Shown piece by piece: positions 1-11,239 of a stretch of DNA of 64,000 bases. This stretch comes from Azolla caroliniana (lineage: Eukaryota > Plantae > Polypodiophyta). The DNA is taken from assembly GCA_043228905.1 (NCBI GenBank), contig JBHGNT010000001.1:37279425-37343424 (forward strand), given 5' to 3'. The notes below the pieces were generated by a model. That model saw only the letters and a list, made by a program, of their open reading frames with translations. It had not been told where the DNA came from and ran no database searches. The number at the start of each line of letters is the position of its first letter. Position 1 is the first letter of the stretch. Both the position numbers and the translations under genes were made by a program.

Positions 1-765
1 TGTATTGTTTAGATGGTTGTTGGTACATTATGGGATTCCTGTGAATTCATGGATGTGGGACCATGATTTGAAATGTGATAGTTGTGGATTTCATATTGAA
101 TGGGTTCAACATGTCTTATGGATATGTCCTATTGCTAGAGTAGTTTGGAAAAGAGTGTTGAGAATTTTGTATCTTGTTTATGGTAAACAGATATATATGT
201 GGGGTTTTGTGGATGGGGAAAGCTTGCTGAAGAAATATAGAATTATGAAAAGGAGTGTGTTGATTTTCTTCTTCTCTCTTATGGAAGGCAGTTATTGGCT
301 ATCCCTTATGCTACACCAATTTGTTATTTGGTAGAGGATAAGGTTTGGTCTACAATATCTTTTTTAGTAATTTGGGTATTGTCGAAGGCAAGATGTAAAT
401 GTGTATTTCTGAAAGTCAAACAAAATGCAGTTGATTTAGACAAGGTGATATGGTCGATGCTATTGCATACTTTAAGAGGTCAATATGAGGCAATAACTGG
501 CGAGCCTTATGTAGGGAGAGGTCTTCACCTCTTTTGGGGAGAGAATAAAGTGGAGATATGCTCCACCAAGGTGGCTCTTTCCCCCCATTATGGAAGGGGC
601 CCGATTTTAGATGTGTAAATGCAGTTTCTAAGGTCGTTGTGTGAGGGCTTTTACTATTCGACATGTTGGTTGATGTGGGTATGGTGGTTGTGTTTTCATG
701 TACGAGTTGTTCATATCCTTTGGACATCTTTTCACTAATACCAAGGTGAATCTTTAAAAAAAAAT
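1..765 (+). mobile_element. Decayed 3' end of an L1-type LINE (zf-RVT-like zinc knuckle, A-rich tail)
   Basis: ORF 5..334 has CDSCGFHIEWVQHVLWICPIARVVW, matching the Cx2C..E...H....C..A..VW zinc knuckle of plant L1 ORF2. The frameshifted continuation has IWVLSKARCKCVF (IW..W..RN...F-like). An A run follows at about 756-764. Confidence 0.75.
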
Positions 766-3700
766 GGATCTATAAAATTCTAAGAGTGTCCAAAGGAGAT
801 TCCTTGATTTTCAGCATATTGAGTCTATAGCTGACAACCATGTCACCTTTTGTCGGCACATGATTTGCTACCCCGTGCTAATCTGTATAGCAATAAAGCT
901 TGGGCTCGAAATTCTAAAATGACCATCCTTGCCAATGAGTTCTTTTCTAAAATGTATGTTATTATTCATATTTGTTGAACTCCATTTTGATGCCTTATGC
1001 ATTAAACCCCTTTCAACAATATCCAGATAATGGGATCTATAAATAGGAGTATAGTAAAAATAATGACAAAGTATTTTCACAATACACCGAAGTGGAAGGT
1101 GTCATCTATGTAATGTATGTGTTGAGAAATGACACTTGAGACCTTATGTGTAGGGTCGCGATTAAATGTTTTAATTTCTAAGGCGTCCACATGGTTAGTG
1201 AGTGTCCCACCAAACATTTCAAGAACCCAATAGATCTTTCGGCCACCTACATGGCTTGGCTCCAACACAAGGTCACATAACCCAGTTGTGTCTATGAGCA
1301 TTTAGAACTTAATTGCCTAAAATTAAAGAAAGTGACGGAAATTTTAAACATATTGTCTCTTGTACCATCCAAAGGAGGTGTGCATGCAATCACGAGAGCC
1401 CAACACATCACTCAAAACTTAGAATGGCATGACCTGAGCACATAAAGAGTAATTACGATGAAGAGGAAACAAAACCTCACAAAAGTAAAAATCTTCTAAG
1501 CATATACATACTTGATCCCTAGGATGATGATGGTGAACTAAAGAAAGGAAAGAGGGATGCCAAACCACCCGACCATCCCCTAGCAACAATGTGAGACAGA
1601 CCTAAACCTCCTTGATGTCCCATACCATCGAGGGTTTATCCAACGGGTACCTTGGGTCCTGCGAGGATCGCATGTGCTTAGCTAACAAGAGCCATAACCA
1701 CGTTGGCATAGTCTCAACATAAGTCAAGCCTCCTCGATAACGAGGTAGTTAACCTCCATGTGTAGGCAAAAGCCCTAGGCCCTAGTGTGTTCACACGTGA
1801 CTGCTTTATTTGAAGTGGTCATGTGATAACACACTTAATAGTTATCCCACACCTTAGAATTGAATATTACAATTCATATCCTCGTTTCTTTCATAATTAA
1901 CCCACAAGTACTCATCATAAGTTTAAACTATGGAAAACCTATCTCATAATCAATTATGGTTATGCACATAACAATCACCATTACAGAAGAAATCATGACC
2001 CTTGACATGGAGGTTCCACTAGTTATGATCATTGATTCCATCATGTGATCATAATCCAAGCATGGGCCCCAAAAATATTTCCCATCAAGCATGGGCGATG
2101 AACATACAAGGCTTTGTTTCTCCATACTCACACAAAGGATACCCAACCACATGGTGAATACATAAAAAGCTAACAAATCCCCAAGGGTGACATAAATGTA
2201 ATACAAACTTTGGCTTCCAAATCATTGGCAAACTATTTGAAGCCAAAATGTCCCAAACCTAACCATGAGAATGCCTCCACAAAGTTCCAAAACAACAAAT
2301 TACATTAAGGGCTACGCATGCCTACTAGATTGCAAAAGACCATATGAGGTAAGGAAAATACCATGACACAACAATGAAATCCAAGGTTGGTTCAACATGA
2401 ACACCTATGTTCTCCTTACCCCATCATTGGCGGTTACCCAAAATGGTTCCCCAACAATCATTCACTAGACTCCCAAATCTAGGACTGTAAAACTTCATCT
2501 CAAACCATTCCACACACTACAAACCTTTAAAACACCCCTTGATATCCTCATATACAAACCAACAACAAGCATATGAAGTGGACACATTGAGTTAATGACT
2601 GGCCAAAGAGCATGGACACATGAAGCGCATCCAAATCCACTAACACTGCTTGCTTTGATAAAGGTAAGGTTAGTATGAAAAAAAACTCTACAACTTCGAT
2701 GGATCTGTTAAATATTGCTTCAATAGATCATTGAAACTCCAATATATCCAAGAAAACGAATTTCAATGTGTCTACAGTGAAGATAATGAGATTTGAGCAA
2801 TTATGACACAAAACGCCTACATCTACATTTTGGTTCAAATACAATAACTACATAGCACAAGATTACACTTACATGATGGGGGAAAGTCATAGAGCTAAAA
2901 AGCTTCGTGGAAGTAGCATACCCACAAATCAATTTTGCATTATTACTGTGTATTATTTTCTTGAAGTGACCCTTGACTCTACTATCACTAGCTATTTGTC
3001 AAACTTTGTTCCACTGATTTCTCTTGCTCAAATCAAGTCTCCTTCATATTCCCTCATCTTTTTATTTTTTTATTTTTTTCCAAAAAAATATCCTCCATTA
3101 GTATTAAACTTAAAGTGGACAAAGGCAATATACAAAACAGTCCACTATTACAATGAATATTGCAACATATTTAACAAAAAAACTCTTGAACACTTATTTA
3201 GCTGCAGCAATCCATCCACATTTAACATCCATATCAATGGAGTCTATGCCACATATATTACTCAGCATTCCGTCTATCATTTTGATTAGCCAACTTCTCC
3301 AAAGCACGCCTCAGCCCTGCTTGATCACCCTCTCATTATGTTCTCCCATAAGATTTCTAGCTTGTCCTCTCATGTATGCATCCACAGATCTTCTAATCCA
3401 TTTTTTTCAACATCCTTGACAATCTTTTCTTTTTATCCCGCATGGTTACATCTTATCAATAAAGAGTTTCCTCATTTCACAATTGTTTTTATATGAAGTA
3501 TACTTGAAAGTCTAGATATCGGTGAGGTTCATATGGAAGGTAAAAAAGGATACCAATTGACAATCAACACCCAAGAATAACACTAGAGATTGTGGTATGA
3601 GGTGCGACAAGACAAGATTGTGGAGGGGATGGAAAAGAAGCTCCATTGACTAGTGGCAAGGTTAATGTATGAGGATGTGGATGAAACGACAAATGTGGCT

Positions 3701-5334
3701 TACAAGCAAGTGCATTAAGGGTGAACAAAACCAAGATGAACATGTTTTGTGGGGTTATATATAGTGATGACTAGATTTGGTGCACATGAAGCTCTAGTGA
3801 GATATAGATAATAGAATTCTATATTAGATTCACAACATTCCTTTAAATGCGACTTGAACTCAAAAACCTGTTCATAATATATATTAATATTTTGGTAGAA
3901 AACATTTCAAGTCAATCAGAAATTATTGTCATTATGAAGCAATAAAAGGAATATGAATTGCTATTAAAAAGGACACACCTTGTGACCCTTCTAACCTTTG
4001 TAAGGGAACTTAAAGACATTTCCAATAGATTATGGGATTGGCTCAATGAAAGGATGCTTTAACCTCCCAACTTTTGCAAATTTGTAGCAATTGTCATTTG
4101 GTACTCATACTTAAACTCACAAAATCAACAACACGCGATGCGCATGCTTACACTTCCTATTCAAATGACAGCGAAGCCCCTACCATTGTGATGAAAAAGG
4201 GGGAGGTTAAAGGTGTGCTTCTTAGTTTGTTACATCGAATCCTTGCATCATAATCAATATTATCATCATCATTTCTCTCCTCTCTCCCCCTCAAATATCA
4301 AACCATATCTATATATGTATAATCTTACTAAGTGTATTCCTCTCTCCCACTAAAAAATAATCTAAGGTTAGGCATATTATCTTAATATAAGCTAGTAACT
4401 CTAGTTAATTGTTCCAATAGAGTCAGAGACAAAGTTTGGATGAGTTAAAACTCTCCATATGTTGAGGTTAACCGTTACCCCTTTCTCTAGATCCCTTAGC
4501 TTGACAAGTTCTATGTCCTTGTGACTCCCTCCTAGCTCAAAATGAACTTCAGGTGTATCGACCACAATAGTGAACCACAGGCAATGAGACAATACGATGG
4601 GATTGGTGTAGTCCCCTGCACTTCTCATGCACATTAACATTAACTAGCACAACTCTCGCCACGACCCATGTTCTCCCCTCAGACACATGATGATCTAGTG
4701 ACTCAAAGTATGAAGTACGAATGTATGTCTATCTCTCCAACTTACTGAAATTTCAGGCAAAGACCCTATGATGCACATTTGCTAAGTAATGACCCCTGGT
4801 TTTGACAAAACGTGTTATAATGACAATGTACACAATTCTAGCTAGGTGCGCATTAACCATCTAAGTATAGAAATTATCATAGAAATATGTATAGAGAATC
4901 AAGAGAGGAAAGGGGGTACTTATGTAAAATAGCTTAAAACTATACCATTATAAAAGAAGACTTAATATAGATTGGTACATTTTGTCTCCATCAAGACATA
5001 GGATCACAATACATTAAAAGAGCACATTGGCAACATTAGATATGATTTACATATGAAGCATTACCAATGCCCCCACTTCCTCCCAAATACATACATACAC
5101 GCACTCTCTCTCCACTTAGTTTCAAAAAAGAGCCTATGATCATGCTATGGTTATTATATTAACCTAGTAGTCTATCTATTCTCTACTCCCCCTCCCCCCC
5201 TAATTTCCATATGTAGCGATACATTGAAATGAGATAAGTAGTACACTATGTATACATATATAGTGAACCCTTGGTCAGTTTTGTTAACTCAAAGGAAATG
5301 AATGCCCTTCAATCTAACTATATATTGCAGCTGC

Positions 5335-5535
5335 CTAGGCTGCAGGGGCGACGTCAGGAGAATCATCATCGTCATCTCCGTGAATGCGAGATAAGGTTGA
5401 AATAAGTTTTAAAGCATAGGTTCCTGAGATAGTAGCATTCATGGTCATGATGATGTTCAAGTTCTTCTTCTGAATCATCCGGCCAGTGGTCATCATCCAA
5501 ACATGAGCATCATGACAGTTAGGTGGTTGCTGCAT
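5335..5535 (-). CDS. IMA: IRON MAN / FE-UPTAKE-INDUCING PEPTIDE (IMA/FEP)-like small peptide, 66 aa
   Basis: Single exon, ATG at 5535 to TAG at 5335. The peptide ends HGDDDDDSPDVAPAA*, matching the IMA consensus G-DDDD-spacer-D-x-APAA at the extreme C-terminus. Upstream lie a pyrimidine-rich leader, a (TA)n TATA-like tract and a G-box. Confidence 0.75.
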   Translation of the reverse strand: MQQPPNCHDAHVWMMTTGRMIQKKNLNIIMTMNATISGTYALKLISTLSRIHGDDDDDSPDVAPAA

Positions 5536-5756
5536 GATGTTGGCGTGACAGTAAGTAGACTTGTGGAAGTGGAAGTGGAAGTGGAAGAAGAAGGTGGAGT
5601 GGAGTGGAGTGGAGTGGAGTGGAGTAGTTACAGTGAGAGGGAGTAGTGGCTGGTGTAGGAAGGGAGGGAGGGAGGGAGAGATGGATGGATTGATTGATGA
5701 ACTGAAATGAGTGAGTATGTAGGTGTAGGTGTTGGGGTTAATGTATTGTGGGTGGG

Positions 5757-5899
5757 TTATATATATATATATATATATGTAATGTATGTACATATGTGAG
5801 AGAGAGAAAGAGAATTAAGGGCGATTGAGGGAACAAAAAGGGAAGAGAAGGGGGGGGGGGGGAGGGTGGCAGCGAGTGGTGGTAGGGAGGCAGCACGTG
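5757..5899 (-). promoter_or_regulatory. Putative promoter of the IMA-like gene: (TA)n TATA-like tract and G-box
   Basis: (TA)n at about 5758-5779, roughly 220 nt upstream of the ATG; CACGTG at 5894-5899. Confidence 0.45.
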
Positions 5900-6121
5900 G
5901 ACGACGTCCGCCTGCCTTCTCCCCCTCCCACGCCCTTCCCTTCCCTTCCCTTCCCTTATGTATGTATTTCTTCTTTTTGGCTCCCCCTCCCCTCCATTCC
6001 ATCCCCATTTCACTTTCCTTTCCATCTATCTACCTTATCTCCCCCTTTTGCACTTGACATCCAAAACACACACTCTCTCTCTCTCCTCTTCTTTCCATTA
6101 ACACTTGCCTTCCATGCCCGT

Positions 6122-6339
6122 GTGTCCGTGTTCACGTATGTCCCCATGTCCAATGACTCATCTAACAAATCTTACAAGTTGAGCATGCACCCTACCCCTA
6201 TTCGTAAGTTGTTACACTACAAACCATGTCTGTGTGTTTGTGTTCACGTATGTCCCCATGTACAATGACTCATCTAACAAATCTTACAAGTCGAGCATGC
6301 ACCCTACCCCTATTGGTAAGTTGTTACACTACAAACCAT
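6122..6339. repeat. Tandem duplication, about 112-bp period, 2 copies
   Basis: gtgttcacgtatgtccccatgt..aatgactcatctaacaaatcttacaagt..gagcatgcaccctacccctatt..gtaagttgttacactacaaaccat occurs at about 6122-6227 and 6234-6339 with few mismatches. Confidence 0.95.
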
Positions 6340-6429
6340 TATGTCTTTTTGGGTTCACAACCCCGTTTTACTCACATCACTATAATTATATACTTCATAT
6401 ATATTTGTTAATTCACTAGATGCCACTTT

Positions 6430-6497
6430 GGAATGTAGGGGTTGAACCCATGACCTCATGGGTCTCCATTAGGCAACCTTACCAACGGAGCTACATC

Positions 6498-6500
<3 letters not shown>
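6430..6500 (-). mobile_element. tRNA-derived SINE head or tRNA pseudogene (Pol III A and B boxes)
   Basis: The minus strand reads ggatgTAGCTCCGTTGGtaagg...gaggtcatgGGTTCAACCCCtac: A box 6493-6482 and B box 6448-6438 at tRNA-like spacing. Acceptor and anticodon stems do not pair. The A-box part recurs at about 6535-6556, between (CT)n tracts. Confidence 0.6.
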
Positions 6501-6535
<35 letters not shown>

Positions 6536-6571
6536 TACCAACGGAGCTACATCCATCTCGTCAATTTATCC

Positions 6572-6616
<45 letters not shown>

Positions 6617-9600
6617 ACTACAAAACCATATTCTCCGTCGACCACAAAAACCTCATGCATCCCTACACATTAGAGCACATTGTCATATTCAATTATAATG
6701 CTTTCCACATATCTTTGACGCAACCTAATCCTTGCATGAATTTCTCTCATAATCACAATGTGCAATCCGAGTTGCATTAAATCTATATTCTATCTCTATT
6801 TGGAATGGCCACACAACCTTCCTACCATGTCCTCTTAGACAACCTAATCACAATTTGAGTTCTCTCTGTTTATCATATATACATGTTAGAGCCTTTGCCC
6901 ACTTGTGTGATTTGCACCATTGCTATCCTTACAATTGAACCCATTATATTCTCTTTGATGTTAGATAGGATGGTAGGGCGCAAGAAAGGGCTCAAAACAA
7001 CTTCACAAGGTTATGCATGATTTGCCTTGAACAAGTTCGTGCACATGCGTATCACACTTTCACCCACTTCCAATTTTGCAAGATTCCCCAAATTCATAAT
7101 CAATATTCCTATCCTTACACATGATCGTTCTCTCACAATCACAACATTGTGTACTTGCAATTGAAATGTTCATTATTGAAAGAGGATCACTACTTAATTC
7201 AATGCACGCTATGCACTAAGTTTTTACTTTAAATTTGGTCGTATAGGTCATGTTTGACCTCCTTTTAAACCAATCTATCAATATCTCATATTGTTTTTTG
7301 CCCCTCATAGATGTGTTGCTAGTTTGTAATGGGCTTGCCTTTATAGTGAGTTATAAGTTAATATCCCTACCTTCATACGTCTTTGTTACAATGTATGTCA
7401 CTTCTCCCAACCTACATCATGCCATAACGATGTATCGAACTAAGAAACTTATGATCTCCAAACATCTCTACAAATTGGTGGGCGACATACCCAAAGAGTC
7501 ACAAGTAACTTCATAGGTGGGGAAGGATGAGTGTTTGTTTGGGGGCAATCAAAATCATTTCTATGGTTCATTTTCTAAATAAATACACAAGAATTGCTTC
7601 TTTAATAATGTGGTTTGCTTTTGACGTGATTTAACAACATGTGTTTCATTCTTATTGTAGCATTTTTTGTAATCTCCAATGTGACAATTAATTGTTACAA
7701 CTAGATGATTAAGGTGCAAAATTGCTTAAGAATCAGTTAAGCACTTGCGTTTTGGAGTGCCACAACATGAAGTACATCTACTTTTTCAATCAAATAAGAT
7801 TTTGGGGATTATGGGCTTATATAAATTACCATGTTGTCTTCAATGAGACATCATTGCTCTAGAATTCTCTGATATAGTCATTTTATGATTGTCTCTTGCT
7901 CCATGAATATATTTCCCTTAGCAATTTCAAAGCCTTCTTGCAATGCTTTTGATCACAAGTTTGTAACTTCGTATTTGTGGTGAGTTTTAAAACCTCATCT
8001 TGAGGTTTCTCACAAGTAATATAAAGTGTAACTAAAAGTGTGCTTAGTTTTATTTTTATTTATTTATTTTTTCTACAGGTTGTCTTTTGAGACATCAATG
8101 GTTTCAATACTACAAATTTGGCTCCCATCTCTCTATCTAACAAGGGGAGGTACACCATAGTTTTTGGCCATGTTTCGTATAAATCAATAATATTGAAGGT
8201 CTAACTACCGAAACTAACCAACGTTACCATTGCATTGCATGCCTTTTAGCAATGTCCAAACCATGAAAGCGCACTCCAAATGATATGAAAAACAACATGA
8301 TTTATCTTCTTAGTTTAGATCGTGGTTTAGAGTAGAGTCACGCATGATTGCCAATTCAAAAGTTGGGCAAAAGTTACGACATCCATGGGTCTCTTGCGTA
8401 GCAAGTGGTTGATATGAATAAAAAAGATGGGTGGGTCGGGGGTGGAACTGGAACTGGATGGTTGATATGAATAAAAAGATGGATGTATGACGCCTCTATG
8501 GTGGGGCCTCCCACACTCACCATATTCACATATTCTTCTTCTCGTTGGCCCTTCTTCCATCCAATGAAGGTTATGCATTTCCCACCTAGGTCCTTCAAGG
8601 AAGGCCAGTCTAGCATGAGAGAGAAATTAGAGAGAGGCGCTTGATGACCTTCCCCACCATTGGACGTTTGTAAAGAAAGCGACACACTATATTACTTATG
8701 GTGCTGCCCATCCATCTAAGATGATTTCAGATGGACCAGCTTGCAGCTTCCATAATTTGCACATTAGTACCCAATCTAAAATATATGATGGTGGCCAATG
8801 CCAAGTGTGTTACATGTGGGATGGCAATCTCACCTTCCATTTTGTGGGGAATATTTATTCCTTGCTCCCTAAGCATGTACTTACTTGGGCAGGTAATTGC
8901 CTGTGACAATGGCATTGAGAATGAATGTCGCCCATCACACACATTTCAAATGGCCAGGCATGCCTTTTTCGTACAATGTACATTGACGAGGATATCGAGC
9001 ATATATTCGTTTAATATGCCCAAATGCTAAATAATTCATTTGGAGTGCTATAATATGTCACAATTCATATGGGCATCGTTAACTCGGATTATTTTGTCAG
9101 CCTTTCGACGAGTTCTAACTTTGTGGGACTATGGCATTACCACCCCCACTAATTGTACTAGGCAATGTTTGACTAGGCTATCTTGGGTATTGCAGGGATC
9201 TATGGTACAAGTGGAGTATGAGAAATGGGTTCTTGTTTGCCTTGTCACCACAAGTACATATACGTAGGCTGTTTGACTTGGCTTTGTGAGCTCATGGTCC
9301 TGGAAGGAGTTGCCTTTATGCAAGTAGCTAATCTTATAGCGCCTAATTAACTATAAAATTCTCACTATTGTTTGGAGAACAAGGGGTTTTTTCGTATATT
9401 TGTGGTGTTGCTCCAAATTATATATTCACTAGTTTTTTAGCTGGAACATAAATTAAGAAGACAAGGGTTTACTGCCCAGCCGTAATACCAAAAGAATGTA
9501 CATGGGATAGGTAGCTTGATCTTGTTCAAGGGATATTGAGATAAAATTCTTGCTTCCCAATGAGATTGGTCTTCATGTGTTTGTAGAGATGGCGTCCCAT

Positions 9601-10709
9601 GTATGCGCCAAGATAATACCTCTTTATGCGATGGTGGATGCTTGCATGACAGTAACCACTCCTTGATCTCACAATGGCCATGAAAGTGAGAGTTACTATT
9701 CAAGGAAAAATGATAATTTAATATTTTATGATAATTTCACATGTTAATTGGTGAACACAACATAAAAAATTGGTGACATTGGACTAGAGCTTTAATTGGG
9801 ATAATTGAGTTGCCATCATGTTGAATTGCAATCCTTCAATCTGATGCTGAATCAATGTAACTGGAACACATCACTTTCAGGAGAAATGATAAATCGATTG
9901 CCAATTAGCGTTATTCAAACATATCATTAGGAACTGGGCAAATTAGAGAGATTGATCATGATTAATCGCCAAGAATGAGACAAAATTAGGGTTCACTTAA
10001 TGCAATCAGGATGAATGAATTGTGAGCAACTGGCTATCAATTGCAATGTGTTTCATTAGAGGGATTAATTCTAGGAATCCTAGAGAATCAAATATTTAGT
10101 GCGCCTGTGTGATATTTCAGAGCCCATTAGGTATATAGTCGGAATATAATGAAACACTAATCACCCTGCTACACAAGAATTTTGGAATATAAGTAATATT
10201 CATATGAGGTCGGGTTAAGTGATGCTAATAATAAGATTAATTTTATTATCAGCTGTTGAAAGGCACTAGCGGCAGTCCGCCACATTTGGGATTGTGGGTA
10301 CCCAGTAATAGGAGGCGGTAATTTGTGAAAAAAGAGGAAAGTGGTAATGTAGGTGATTTCCCAAAAGTTTGAATCAATCATGCTCTTCATACCGACACCA
10401 TTACGACATCCTCTTCATACTCTCTCTCTCTCTCTCTCTCTCCAAACACTTTAAATCAAATCATCTTTACTTTCTCCTATTTCACTTCTCAGCCTCTAGG
10501 CGTCTCTTTTATTTCTGACCTGACCATCTGGTATGTACTAACATCATTGAACTTCATTCCCCACCCCAATGCAACGTATGTATGCATGCAAAAGTAATAA
10601 TGTATGTACGTACGTAACATATGTAGTGCATGGATGTAATGTAATGTAATTTATGTTTTTTAATAACTACATGCTCCCAAGCAAAACCTTTCTCATACTA
10701 CGGCCAGCC

Positions 10710-10890
10710 AAGTGCTTGACACCACATGCTTTCATTGGTGCCATTCCTTCTCATCACTACAGTTTGATTCCGACGCCTACTTCTATATGGCTCGTGGAAA
10801 GTGCTTGACACCACATGCCTTGATTGGTGCCATTCCTCCTTGTCGCTACACTTCGATTCAGACACCTACTTCTCTATGGCACGTGGAAAT
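10710..10890. repeat. Diverged tandem duplication, 89-bp period, 2 copies
   Basis: aagtgcttgacaccacatgc..ttggtgccattcct..cctacttct.tatggc.cgtggaaa begins at 10710 and again at 10799. Confidence 0.9.
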
Positions 10891-11239
10891 GTGAACCAAC
10901 CGGCAATTGAAATGACCAAGTGGTGTGACACCAATTAGTAACAACAAAAACAAACAAAGAAAATAAGATTTGTGTCTGTGTATCACATCATTCTTGAAGA
11001 TGACAGCATGTAATGAACAACATAACCAAATTATGGCCAATGATGGCCAGAGCACAATTTCTTTGTTAATCAGAATCCAATGACGGCCAATGCACAATTT
11101 CATAAGACAAATACAAAGAGGCATAGTTCAATGAGGATTAATTTGGTCATGTAGCGTACAGTCCCAATGATGGTCAATGAACCATCTATGGTGAAAAACA
11201 TTTAGTTCTTGAAGATTAAAGCGTAGAAGTGCCCAGAAA

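Noticed and set aside
770-4900. Short ORFs and possible retroelement remains
   Set aside because: Probably decayed transposon DNA, but I found no motif, LTR pair or TSD to support a call.
5500-5560. miR156/miR172-like words (tgacag.., gctgcatgatg)
   Set aside because: Only short partial matches and no convincing precursor hairpin; the region is better explained as the peptide ORF.
5536-6268. Overlapping ORFs 5738..6025, 5757..6008, 5825..6268 and the long N-terminal extension of ORF 5335..5793
   Set aside because: These are translations of microsatellites and purine/pyrimidine tracts in a promoter and leader; no protein-like content.
6430-6500. Functional tRNA gene
   Set aside because: A and B boxes are present, but the acceptor and anticodon stems do not pair.
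8300-10400. Cluster of 60-100 aa ORFs on both strands
   Set aside because: No recognisable domain or consistent splice structure; likely degenerate repeat sequence.
10710-10940. CRISPR-like repeat-spacer pattern
   Set aside because: The context is eukaryotic, the would-be spacers are homologous to each other, and there are no cas genes; it is a plain tandem duplication.
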